In this document: positions 36,566-45,015 of the stretch, piece after piece
Layout of the letters: the number at the start of each line of letters is the position of its first letter
Position numbering within the stretch: position 1 is the first letter of the stretch
IMG/VR virus record: IMGVR_UViG_3300044568_003163
Span: 124,001 to 188,000 of that record
Strand: one strand, 5' to 3'
Length of the DNA: 64,000 nucleotides
Notes under the pieces: model-generated
The model's input: only the letters and a program-made list of their open reading frames with translations
What the model was told of the DNA's origin: nothing
Database searches by the model: none
Translations under genes and position numbers: made by a program

Positions 36566-38002
36566 TTACTGAATAACACTGTATCTCTCAGTATCAATAG
36601 CTTTAAGCATAATACTCATAGGACTCATAGAATCTCCACTAAGCACTGCTTTAAGAATTGACGGTGAAAATCCACTGATTAAAGCGGTACCATTCTCAGT
36701 TGCTCTAACTGGAACGTTGTCGTGTCGAGAAACTAAGTTCCAAAACACAATCTTTGGCATTGCATAGCCAGAATCAGAGTATTTTCTTTCGATCATACTG
36801 ATAGCATTGTCACTTATACGTGACGCTTGGTTGAATTCCATGTCAGACATAATCAATAGACATGTTGGCATTTGGTCAATCGAAACGTTATGTTTGATTG
36901 CTTGTTCAAGAATCATATCGAAGGTAGCTTCTAGATTCGTTGACATACCCCATTGAGCACGTTCTAATTGTTGCATTCTCGAACGTAAATCTCCTGTTAG
37001 GTACTCTAACTTTGGTCTTTCGCTGAAAGTTACAAATGCATCTTTGAAGGGACCTTCATTTCTTTCAGAAATATAAAGACCTAATGAGATACAAACGTCT
37101 AGTGCAGAAACTGAACCAGAAACAGTTGTAGACATTGAACCAGAAACATCACAGATAGGTAAAACCATTTCTTTAGATCCTTCCATAAAGTTAGGAAGAG
37201 CTTTCCATTGCTCGTTTGATAACGTAGTGTCACCGTAAGACATTGTTTTTGTAACGTCATATGGATATACGGCACCTGCATTAACTTTAGTTTCACCTTT
37301 AACTAGTGACTCTTTGTAAGCCTCGAATGCTTCGGCATCATTTTTACCAAAAGCTTTTGAGTATCTCGCCATTGCAACAGAAGGTATATGAGCATAGTTA
37401 ACATTACCAAAGTCTTTGTTACATAAGTTAGTTTCAATAACGTTAGTTAAAGAAACAATCTTAGTTCTAAATTCTTTAGGTGATAAGCCCATTTTGGTTC
37501 TGATTTTGTTAGCAATAGCCTTTTTATCAGCCGATACTTTACCACCAGTTCGAGGAATCCATTTTGCAAGTAATCCATTACCTTCTTCAAGATTATGAAT
37601 AACTGTAGCAATTGCAGCATCTTCTACCGCAGTTCCGAATGTTACGAATATGTCATCCCATCTACCGAACTCGGCAATCAAATGAATGTTTTCAATAACT
37701 TCGTTAGGATAAACCTCAGAAGCATGACGTAAAAGTACTCGGAAAGCTTCACGTTCTCCTGCTCCACCTCTAACGTCTCTTCCCCAATACATCAATTTTC
37801 TTGTGATTAAAGGATTCTCATTATGTGCAGCTTCAAACTTAGCTATCAAACGTGATTTACCTTCATCGGTTTTCATTTGAGCTCTTACCGCTCCCATCAC
37901 GAAAAATAAATCTACACAAGCATTAAGAGAAGTGGTAGATGTTACCATTCCATTTTCAGTAGTTGTGTTTTTAGTACGCATTGCATCAACAAAAGTTGTC
38001 AT
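36566..38002 (-). CDS. DUF2828-family Ro60/TROVE-like protein with C-terminal vWA domain
   Basis: TENG, RDVRGGAGER, GRWDD, AKWIPR; MIDAS DVSGSM...STN...SDMEF; FWNL. Confidence 0.85.
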   Translation of the reverse strand: MTTFVDAMRTKNTTTENGMVTSTTSLNACVDLFFVMGAVRAQMKTDEGKSRLIAKFEAAHNENPLITRKLMYWGRDVRGGAGEREAFRVLLRHASEVYPNEVIENIHLIAEFGRWDDIFVTFGTAVEDAAIATVIHNLEEGNGLLAKWIPRTGGKVSADKKAIANKIRTKMGLSPKEFRTKIVSLTNVIETNLCNKDFGNVNYAHIPSVAMARYSKAFGKNDAEAFEAYKESLVKGETKVNAGAVYPYDVTKTMSYGDTTLSNEQWKALPNFMEGSKEMVLPICDVSGSMSTTVSGSVSALDVCISLGLYISERNEGPFKDAFVTFSERPKLEYLTGDLRSRMQQLERAQWGMSTNLEATFDMILEQAIKHNVSIDQMPTCLLIMSDMEFNQASRISDNAISMIERKYSDSGYAMPKIVFWNLVSRHDNVPVRATENGTALISGFSPSILKAVLSGDSMSPMSIMLKAIDTERYSVIQ

Positions 38003-38032
38003 AGTTTTTGGTTTTAAATATGTTAAAAAATT

Positions 38033-38094
38033 CAGAGTGATATATCGGTTTCAAATTAAAAGTTTGATGATAAAAGTTGCTGAAATCACTCTTT
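38033..38094 (-). ncRNA. stem-loop RNA 3 (Y-RNA-like candidate, Lys anticodon-arm mimic)
   Basis: AGAGTGAT/ATCACTCT stem, TTCAGCAA, inner TCAAA-CTTTTAA-TTTGA. Confidence 0.65.
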
Positions 38095-38116
38095 GTATTG
38101 TTTAAAAAAAAATTAT

Positions 38117-38169
38117 CAGGGTACGGTTGGTTTTCAATTGCTGAATGTTAATTGCTGAATGTACCCTTT
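38117..38169 (-). ncRNA. stem-loop RNA 2 (Y-RNA-like candidate)
   Basis: AGGGTAC/GTACCCT stem, two ATTCAGCAATT copies. Confidence 0.65.
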
Positions 38170-38183
38170 GTAATTATAATCGA

Positions 38184-38376
38184 CAGATTGGCTGTTTAGA
38201 TTTTGTGAAGCATCTAGAAACTTCCTCAGTAGTTTTGAAGTGGGATTTGATACCACCAGTCGCTTTGTTTTAAAGTGATGACTAAACTCACTTAATCAAC
38301 CGGCTTTTGAATTTCACGATTGATTTCGTTAATGGTTATCTGTAGATAAGTTGTTTGTTTGCTGAACCCAATCTTT
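38184..38376 (-). ncRNA. stem-loop RNA 1 (long Y-RNA-like candidate)
   Basis: AGATTGG/CCAATCT stem, TTCAGCAA, several inner hairpins including T-arm-like GTGG-TATCAAATC-CCAC. Confidence 0.6.
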
Positions 38377-38415
38377 GATATATTGTAAGAACGTATGTCG
38401 TTGTAACTAGAATTA

Positions 38416-38443
38416 TTATATGTGAGCTAATTTATTTAGTTTC
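38416..38443 (-). promoter_or_regulatory. class II promoter GAAACT-N15-CATATAA driving the RNA array and Ro-like gene
   Basis: exact match to the repeated motif. Confidence 0.7.
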
Positions 38444-38445
38444 AA

Positions 38446-38844
38446 TTAAATTTTAATTTTTTCTAAAAATTTATAAACTCCTTTATCATAATTGAATAAG
38501 ATAAACCATTTTGATTTGTTCCATTTGCCAGTTCTAATACTTGCAAGAGATTTTTGAACGTAAGGTGCACTTGAACTTTGAACGTTATAAGCTTTTACTT
38601 CTACAAAATCTCCGTTTTCATCAATCAAATCATGATATCGAGAATCAGAAAGTTGAAAGTTGTAATTTTCGGTAAGCCAAAGTTCTAATGTTTTGCCTTG
38701 CTTAACAGTACCTTTAATTTCCTCCAGACTTCGGCTCCTTCTTGTATAAGGAGAATCGAAAAGCGCTTGGGATTCGGATTCGATGAGCCTTTCCAATAAT
38801 AATTTGTCCTTTATGTCCGATTCGGTAAATTGTGCGTTTTCCAT
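38446..38844 (-). CDS. PD-(D/E)xK-like nuclease-fold protein
   Basis: GKTLE...HDL...VEVKAY. Confidence 0.55.
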   Translation of the reverse strand: MENAQFTESDIKDKLLLERLIESESQALFDSPYTRRSRSLEEIKGTVKQGKTLELWLTENYNFQLSDSRYHDLIDENGDFVEVKAYNVQSSSAPYVQKSLASIRTGKWNKSKWFILFNYDKGVYKFLEKIKI

Positions 38845-38986
38845 TTTTTGCTTGTTTTACAACTTCTTTTAAAGTTCTATCTGCTAAAACTATAGAGATA
38901 TTACTTGGGTCTTGCATTACTAACTGAAATTCTTCAGGTGTAAGGGAAGTCATAATGTAACCATAGAGATTACTGAGTTGGTTCAT
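38714..38986 (-). CDS. hypothetical protein (3' end overlaps neighbour)
   Basis: fills the gap; 131-nt overlap lowers confidence. Confidence 0.45.
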   Translation of the reverse strand: MNQLSNLYGYIMTSLTPEEFQLVMQDPSNISIVLADRTLKEVVKQAKNGKRTIYRIGHKGQIIIGKAHRIRIPSAFRFSLYKKEPKSGGN

Positions 38987-39407
38987 TGATTAGTGATTGT
39001 AAATATTTTATACGGTCGTTAACTGCTTCTTTATATTGTTCTGATGCAAATGCAGATAGCTCGCTTATTGCTAATTTGATAGCCAGCTCACTGTACTTAG
39101 CTTGAACTTCTCCTATGGTGATGTTAGTTTTCCAATCACATACTTCACAAATCTCATCTACCCATTCTGAATAATCATGTTGGATTCTTTCTCTAACATT
39201 CATTGGCTCAACATCAATCCAAGGTTTAATCCAACAAAAAGGAATGTTGATTCTCATTTCATCTAATCCTAGACCAAATAAGACATCATAAACATCTTTA
39301 GTAAGTACATCTATTATGATGCCTTCTGTGCCTCTTAGTACATTTTGGTAATCCGAGTCACATATAACTCTATCTCCCTTTTTGTATACTTTTGATATAT
39401 CGGTCAT
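38970..39407 (-). CDS. hypothetical protein, SH3-like N-terminus
   Basis: KKGDRV...GTEGII. Confidence 0.7.
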   Translation of the reverse strand: MTDISKVYKKGDRVICDSDYQNVLRGTEGIIIDVLTKDVYDVLFGLGLDEMRINIPFCWIKPWIDVEPMNVRERIQHDYSEWVDEICEVCDWKTNITIGEVQAKYSELAIKLAISELSAFASEQYKEAVNDRIKYLQSLINEPTQ

Positions 39408-39822
39408 AATCTTTTAATGTTTGGTTGATTCTTTCTCTGCCTGCAGGATTCATCGAGTGAACGATGCATTCTGGTAATGCGATTCCATTATCAATACAGA
39501 ATTGAACAAACCATCTTGCAGATTCATTTCCTGTATCTTCTTTAAATTGAGTTGCCTTAACATTATAATTGTCAATTCCATGATACATTGATGGGTCGTA
39601 ATGCTCATCGGCTAAATCGTGATCGAATGAAACTAATTCTGGAAATTGACCGTTGGCAAATCTTTCAGCTACTTCGATAACGAATGCTGAATGAGACCTA
39701 ACAGTTATCCATTCCCGAGTTCCGTATCGAGCCTCTCTCATGTAATTAGTACAGTCAGTTGGTACTCTAATATCGTCTAAAAATAGACTGTAAGTTTTGA
39801 AGTTTATAATGTGATTTCTCAT
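39370..39822 (-). CDS. cyclic-phosphate-processing receiver-like domain protein
   Basis: LFLDDIRVP, VSFDHDL, TG, VHSMNPAG. Confidence 0.8.
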   Translation of the reverse strand: MRNHIINFKTYSLFLDDIRVPTDCTNYMREARYGTREWITVRSHSAFVIEVAERFANGQFPELVSFDHDLADEHYDPSMYHGIDNYNVKATQFKEDTGNESARWFVQFCIDNGIALPECIVHSMNPAGRERINQTLKDYDRYIKSIQKGR

Positions 39823-39852
39823 AATTGTTATATGCAATAAAGGTGTTTTTGA

Positions 39853-40410
39853 TTAAACCTTTTCGTCGAAAAATACTTCACAATGGTCTTTTGAATAGCA
39901 ACCAGTAAGTCCACGAGATTCGTTAATAGATTTGATATTATCATAAGCAACTGCCATACCCTCATATCGGTAATTAAGGCTCATTTTAGAGAAAGCTTTT
40001 TGCCAAACTTTAACTTCAGTTTTAACCCATTCTCCATGTCGTTCGATGATTTCATATGGCTTAACAAATTCTAATAGATGATGCCAAATAAGACCATCTC
40101 GTTTAGTGAATTCTCTACGCATTGCACTGATTGCAATCTTTCTACGTCGATAATATTCATCATAAGCTTTAGCACATTCTTCATCTGACATGGTTTCGTC
40201 ATATTCTAAATTCTTAGGAGTTGTACCTGGTTGATACACATCCATAGCACCAATTAGATAAAGCTCTTGTGCAACTAATGGCATTGCATAGAATCCTCTT
40301 GGTGCTGGCGGTGAATGAAAAGTTTTTGGAATAATATTGAAACCTTTTTGTTTCTTTATTTCTAGACCTCCAAACCTTACAAATCTCGTTAAGTCTTTAC
40401 CTTTTGTCAT
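39853..40410 (-). CDS. hypothetical protein
   Basis: RFGGL...FHSPPAPRGFYA...IWHHL...DHCEVF. Confidence 0.75.
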   Translation of the reverse strand: MTKGKDLTRFVRFGGLEIKKQKGFNIIPKTFHSPPAPRGFYAMPLVAQELYLIGAMDVYQPGTTPKNLEYDETMSDEECAKAYDEYYRRRKIAISAMRREFTKRDGLIWHHLLEFVKPYEIIERHGEWVKTEVKVWQKAFSKMSLNYRYEGMAVAYDNIKSINESRGLTGCYSKDHCEVFFDEKV

Positions 40411-40411
40411 A

Positions 40412-40651
40412 TTAATCTCCTGAATCTACCGTATGAATTACTGTATACGTTTGGTCTTCAATAAGAACATCAAAGCCGTATTCGTTATAGCATCTACCTA
40501 AATTTCTAGAAGTTCCTGAGTTAGCAACTTTAAATTCTTGCAATGCTTTGTACTGATCTCCGGTTTTTTGGTTCCAACCATTTGCAGTACCTAAATTGAT
40601 TATTCCTTCTTTGGCTCTTTCGATTGCCTCTTTGATAATTTCTGAGTTCAT
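40412..40651 (-). CDS. hypothetical protein
   Basis: first ORF after a class I promoter. Confidence 0.7.
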   Translation of the reverse strand: MNSEIIKEAIERAKEGIINLGTANGWNQKTGDQYKALQEFKVANSGTSRNLGRCYNEYGFDVLIEDQTYTVIHTVDSGD

Positions 40652-40660
40652 AATATATGT

Positions 40661-40741
40661 TTTTAATTATAGAGTAAAACTAATCAATATTTCGGACATA
40701 GAGAAATAAATTATGTTAAATTTTTATTAAGTTATTAACAA
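40661..40741 (-). promoter_or_regulatory. class I promoter variant, box shifted +10 bp
   Basis: TAGTTTTA plus TTGTTAATAACTT. Confidence 0.7.
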
Positions 40742-40755
40742 GAAAACTGCGCCAC

Positions 40756-40781
40756 AAAACCTCGTACTTTAAATACGAGGT
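40756..40781 (-). terminator. probable intrinsic terminator
   Basis: ACCTCGTA/TACGAGGT stem plus short T run. Confidence 0.6.
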
Positions 40782-40789
40782 CGTTAGTT

Positions 40790-41101
40790 TTATGAATTTA
40801 GTGGTTGGTCTTCTGCTGGTGTTTCTGTAGGAGTATCAGTAGGTGTAACTTCTGCATTTTTTGCACCCATTACATTTTTAACTCCTAATAGAGCAGCTCC
40901 TATTGTAGTAAACATTACTGCTTGATTGATGATGTCAACTGATTTATCAATAAACATTTTATCAATTACTCCTAAAAAGAAAGAAAGTCCTCCTATAAGG
41001 ATAATGTAAAGACCGGCTGTTGATGTTGCGGAAGTTTTTCCGTTGTTGTTAGAAGTCATTTCACCGAAAGAAAACTTCTTAATATTTGCTAACATAGACA
41101 T
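40790..41101 (-). CDS. two-TM membrane protein (holin-like?)
   Basis: two TM segments; family not certain. Confidence 0.65.
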   Translation of the reverse strand: MSMLANIKKFSFGEMTSNNNGKTSATSTAGLYIILIGGLSFFLGVIDKMFIDKSVDIINQAVMFTTIGAALLGVKNVMGAKNAEVTPTDTPTETPAEDQPLNS

Positions 41102-41128
41102 AATATAAATTGTTTTTTATATCTATCT

Positions 41129-42685
41129 TTAGATGCTTTTAAATTTAGCATATTTCATTGCAGATCTTTTATTGAATATTTGATCGGTTATAGATTTTAT
41201 TCTTTCAGGATCTTCTACGATATTTCCAATTGAATCTTTTGCTTCAAATTCTAGTCCAGCTTGTTTACTATTAGTGGTAGCAGATCTTAATCTAATTTCA
41301 TATGCAATATCAGCAATAGTAACATAATAAAATATAACAAGGTCTAATCGACTAAACGAATCTAATATAACTACTTTAGCAGTATTATCGTTAGAACCAA
41401 TCATAGAAATAGTATCTCCACCATGAAAGAATTCATGAGTACCTTTACTTTTTATCTTGCCTGTGATTTTATGATATGGCGGATTTACGTTTTTATCTGA
41501 TTGTTTTAATCCAAATTTCAAAATACCTATTAGATTATTATCCAGATTAGATGTATCACCATTAGGTAAAGTAAATAAATGATAGACTAATTTTATAGCT
41601 GCGAGTTTATCTCCTAAATTTTGTTCTTTAATGTTATCTACACTTCCAGGATTGTAATGTATTTCCATGTATGAACCTGAATTAAGACCTCCTATCAATT
41701 GCTGATATTTTAATATTTCTGATTTGACCCATGGAATATCTTTTTTATATCGAGATATTTCTTCTGGCGTTAGATTATATATTGCGTCTTTAGGTGATAA
41801 AGATTTTAAATATTCCTTTGCTCTTCCTAATCTAGCAGCTTCTTGCTTTAACGATATTGCAACGATTGAGCCTATCGGTTCAGCAGAAGAAGATCTAGGA
41901 CTAAATTCCGTGCTAAATAATAAATTTAACTCGCCTATAGTAGTAGCATTATTTACATAATTAATTATAGAAGATTTTGCACTTTGGTCTATTAAATATA
42001 CATCTCCAGGACACCAGTTATCAGCAGAACTTAAACTAGAAAGTTTTAAACTTTTGCTTCTAATCATATTAAAAATTTCGTTTCGATCTAATCTATATCC
42101 GCTAGATGCAAAATCGGTCATAACGTTAGCAGTAGATTTCCATTGTAAAATTTGGTCTCGGTTAGCTTTATCGAAATTAGATAACCACGTTTTTAGTTTG
42201 TTTGCAGTTTTAGGATATAAATCTCCAGATGGAATATTATCTACTAAAGAAACTGCTTCAGAAGGGTCCATCGAAAGAATATCTGCATCTTGATTATAAT
42301 AAAAGAAAGCTACCATACCTTCTTTAGTATCTGTATCAGTCGAAGTTTTAGAGTGACCAGTAAATAATCCAGTTTTTAATAAATGAGTTAGAGGAACTTT
42401 TACTCCTTTAACATCCATTAATGGTTCTTTACCTGAAACTTCTTTATCACTTTCTATATACGATTTAATGTAATCTAAATTAGATATGTCTGATACTAAA
42501 AACTTAGAAAATGAGTACAGATCTTTTTTATCATCATCGATCATAAGATAAATATTCGGATCTTCGAGAAATTCTAAAAATTTTGGTCTATATTTCGCCT
42601 TCCTTTTTGGTTCATTCCACGCAGTAGGCAACATAGCAGCTTCATTTAATGACAGAACAAAATCTTTGAATTTTAGCATTTTCAT
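41129..42685 (-). CDS. leader-bearing putative internal head protein with PD-(D/E)xK-like nuclease motif
   Basis: MLKFKDFVLSLNE leader; DNWCPGDVYL...ISLKQ. Confidence 0.65.
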   Translation of the reverse strand: MKMLKFKDFVLSLNEAAMLPTAWNEPKRKAKYRPKFLEFLEDPNIYLMIDDDKKDLYSFSKFLVSDISNLDYIKSYIESDKEVSGKEPLMDVKGVKVPLTHLLKTGLFTGHSKTSTDTDTKEGMVAFFYYNQDADILSMDPSEAVSLVDNIPSGDLYPKTANKLKTWLSNFDKANRDQILQWKSTANVMTDFASSGYRLDRNEIFNMIRSKSLKLSSLSSADNWCPGDVYLIDQSAKSSIINYVNNATTIGELNLLFSTEFSPRSSSAEPIGSIVAISLKQEAARLGRAKEYLKSLSPKDAIYNLTPEEISRYKKDIPWVKSEILKYQQLIGGLNSGSYMEIHYNPGSVDNIKEQNLGDKLAAIKLVYHLFTLPNGDTSNLDNNLIGILKFGLKQSDKNVNPPYHKITGKIKSKGTHEFFHGGDTISMIGSNDNTAKVVILDSFSRLDLVIFYYVTIADIAYEIRLRSATTNSKQAGLEFEAKDSIGNIVEDPERIKSITDQIFNKRSAMKYAKFKSI

Positions 42686-42686
42686 A

Positions 42687-43610
42687 TTAGTTAAATAGTG
42701 TTGGATATAATTGTTCTACTTCAGTTGGCGCTGGCATTTTAGCCGATACAATATAAATTTTAAATCTATTTAGAATAGCATCTAAACGATCTTTGTGTAT
42801 AAATGTTGGTGATGTTGCTAATGCGAATGCATTTTCAAAAGTCATAATTTCGGCAGGTTTAACACCTTCACCAAAAGCAAATTTAACAACTTCTTCTGGT
42901 GTACTCGTAATGAATTTGTCTTGGTCATGTAAAAGAGTGGCAGTTTTAACTAATGAACCCTTTTTGCCCATGAAAGTTTTTTCTACTTGATAGATTCCTT
43001 TCTCTAAACGAATAACATATTGTTTGTATTGTTCGGTTTCTCCGGTTTCCGTTTTCTTAGTAGTTTCTTTCATACATTCAGAAACTATCGACATTAGGAG
43101 TACATTTCGGTACATTCCTTTGTATTTCGATTCTGCAATTTTAAAGTTTGGCGAGTAATACATAAAACGAGACCAATCTAAATTAGTAGAAAGCATAAAA
43201 TCTACTTGTGCAGTTCCACTATTTTTCTTACCTCCTACCGGAACTCCGATAGATATTTGTTCAAATCCTTTTGCAGTTCTAGTTGAATATCCTTCTTTCT
43301 TAAATGTATCTTCTAAAAATTGTAGTGCATCTTCCATCGATATTCCATTAACTCCAGCAATTTTATCTACTGAAACTGCAATATCTATGTCACCACTAGT
43401 AATTTCATCGGCTTTCTTACCATATGAACCAATTGGTGATGCATCAATTCCTTTACCTTCTAATCCGATTAGAGGAAATAAAGTCTTTTCAACCCACTCA
43501 TAAGTAGCAAGTACTTCAGGTTGAGTTAGAGGACGAGAATCCTCAATAGCATTTCCACTTTCGTTCAAAAACGTAGAAACAAAATCTTTAAATTTTAGCA
43601 TATTTCTCAT
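42687..43610 (-). CDS. leader-bearing Pol-beta-superfamily nucleotidyltransferase
   Basis: MLKFKDFVSTFLNE; IGSYGKK...SGDIDIAV...QVDFM. Confidence 0.75.
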   Translation of the reverse strand: MRNMLKFKDFVSTFLNESGNAIEDSRPLTQPEVLATYEWVEKTLFPLIGLEGKGIDASPIGSYGKKADEITSGDIDIAVSVDKIAGVNGISMEDALQFLEDTFKKEGYSTRTAKGFEQISIGVPVGGKKNSGTAQVDFMLSTNLDWSRFMYYSPNFKIAESKYKGMYRNVLLMSIVSECMKETTKKTETGETEQYKQYVIRLEKGIYQVEKTFMGKKGSLVKTATLLHDQDKFITSTPEEVVKFAFGEGVKPAEIMTFENAFALATSPTFIHKDRLDAILNRFKIYIVSAKMPAPTEVEQLYPTLFN

Positions 43611-43612
43611 AT

Positions 43613-43837
43613 TTATTCTTCTTCACATTCATATGCAGGACCAATTCCTTTGATAGGCACCTTTAATTTTTTACCTGTTTTATCGTCAACCACAATTATA
43701 TAATCGCCTTTAACTTCAGCAACTTTTCCTGTATGATTTACGTGAGTTCCAGGAACTATGTATTCGATGATGTTTCCTGGTCGAACATGGGAATATGCTT
43801 CGGCAATAAATTCCTCGTAAGTAGGTAATTTTTTCAT
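43613..43837 (-). CDS. leader-bearing small SH3/KOW-like protein
   Basis: MKKLPTYEEFIAE, nearly the T4 CTS. Confidence 0.7.
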   Translation of the reverse strand: MKKLPTYEEFIAEAYSHVRPGNIIEYIVPGTHVNHTGKVAEVKGDYIIVVDDKTGKKLKVPIKGIGPAYECEEE

Positions 43838-43852
43838 TCTAACTTTCATTTT

Positions 43853-44521
43853 TTATTGAATACCTTTAACCGAATAAGAGGTTATTAATTTTCTGTTATT
43901 TGCTGGTCTAGCCTTAAATGCTCTTAATGGGTAATAGTCATAATCGTGAGATTTTAACATTTTCAATAAATCATCTTTAGTAGCTTCTGACATATCAACA
44001 ATTGTATGTTTCTTACCTAATCTTCGGTTAGTATCATTTCCAATCAACTCAACTTCATCACCCTTTTCAAAAGAATCCTTAGTACCTAATAGTAAATAAC
44101 TTCCACTAGTTAAAAATGCATATAGTCCTTTATTTTCAAAAATAGACCAACCAAACATCGTAGCACCGGTAGTCATATTAATAACACCTACACTAAGTAC
44201 CATTGCTCTTAAAGAACGTCCTTCATTAAGTGAAGACTCACATAAGCTTTCATCAATTTTAGTTACGTTAGCATTTAAGTAATTCAAATCTACGTCGATA
44301 GCTAAACTAACATTTTTCTTTTTAGCCAAATCATTATCTGGCTTAATAGTAATTTCATCTGCAGATCTTCTTCGGTTAAAGAGGCCACTCATTCCTCTAG
44401 GTTTAACTACTTTCCAAGCTTCACCATCTTTGAAATGGATAATTGCATCTACTGGAAAATCTGTTATTTTAAACGAATTAGCTTCATTTAAGAAGTTTTC
44501 GAATGTAGGTATGTTTTTCAT
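43853..44521 (-). CDS. leader-bearing two-module protein
   Basis: MKNIPTFENFLNE; internal ESLCESSLNE. Confidence 0.75.
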   Translation of the reverse strand: MKNIPTFENFLNEANSFKITDFPVDAIIHFKDGEAWKVVKPRGMSGLFNRRRSADEITIKPDNDLAKKKNVSLAIDVDLNYLNANVTKIDESLCESSLNEGRSLRAMVLSVGVINMTTGATMFGWSIFENKGLYAFLTSGSYLLLGTKDSFEKGDEVELIGNDTNRRLGKKHTIVDMSEATKDDLLKMLKSHDYDYYPLRAFKARPANNRKLITSYSVKGIQ

Positions 44522-44536
44522 ATTATGTTATATGTT

Positions 44537-44956
44537 TTAATTTTTTATTGATTCTATTGTTAGTGTACAATCATCCATTAGACTGCCTAAAGCCGTTTGT
44601 ATTGCTGATTGAGATTCATCTGACGTAAACGTAACTAATTTTGTATAGTTTTCATGATGAGCATCAATTAAAAAATGATTCTTTAGCACTTTGAGAACTT
44701 CTGATGCAATTGAAGGTGTATCACAATCAATTTCGTAAGATTTATCTCTAGCTTCATTCATTGGCTTATTGATTTTACCTTTCTTTTCATGAAGAAGTCT
44801 TAATCTTTCTCTAAGGATTGCTTCTTGCTTTTCTCGGTTATCTTCCGGCAAACCTTTGATTTGCTTTTTAATTTCCTTAATTTTAGCTTGAATGTTGTCC
44901 ATTAAAGACTCAGCAGATTCACTAATAAATTCTTCAAATGTAGGTAAGTTCTTCAT
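44537..44956 (-). CDS. leader-bearing protein
   Basis: MKNLPTFEEFISE. Confidence 0.75.
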   Translation of the reverse strand: MKNLPTFEEFISESAESLMDNIQAKIKEIKKQIKGLPEDNREKQEAILRERLRLLHEKKGKINKPMNEARDKSYEIDCDTPSIASEVLKVLKNHFLIDAHHENYTKLVTFTSDESQSAIQTALGSLMDDCTLTIESIKN

Positions 44957-44964
44957 AGGTTAAT

Positions 44965-44995
44965 TTGCTATACAAATATAAACAATTTTCTCGAA
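44965..44995 (-). promoter_or_regulatory. host-type promoter (TATATTTG) without upstream box
   Basis: TATATTTG at 44973-44980. Confidence 0.5.
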
Positions 44996-45015
44996 AGAAA
45001 AAAATTTATTTGAAA

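Noticed and set aside
38033-38376. RNA array as a CRISPR array or simple terminators
   Set aside because: Only short motifs are conserved, stems covary, and loops are long with no consistent adjacent U tract
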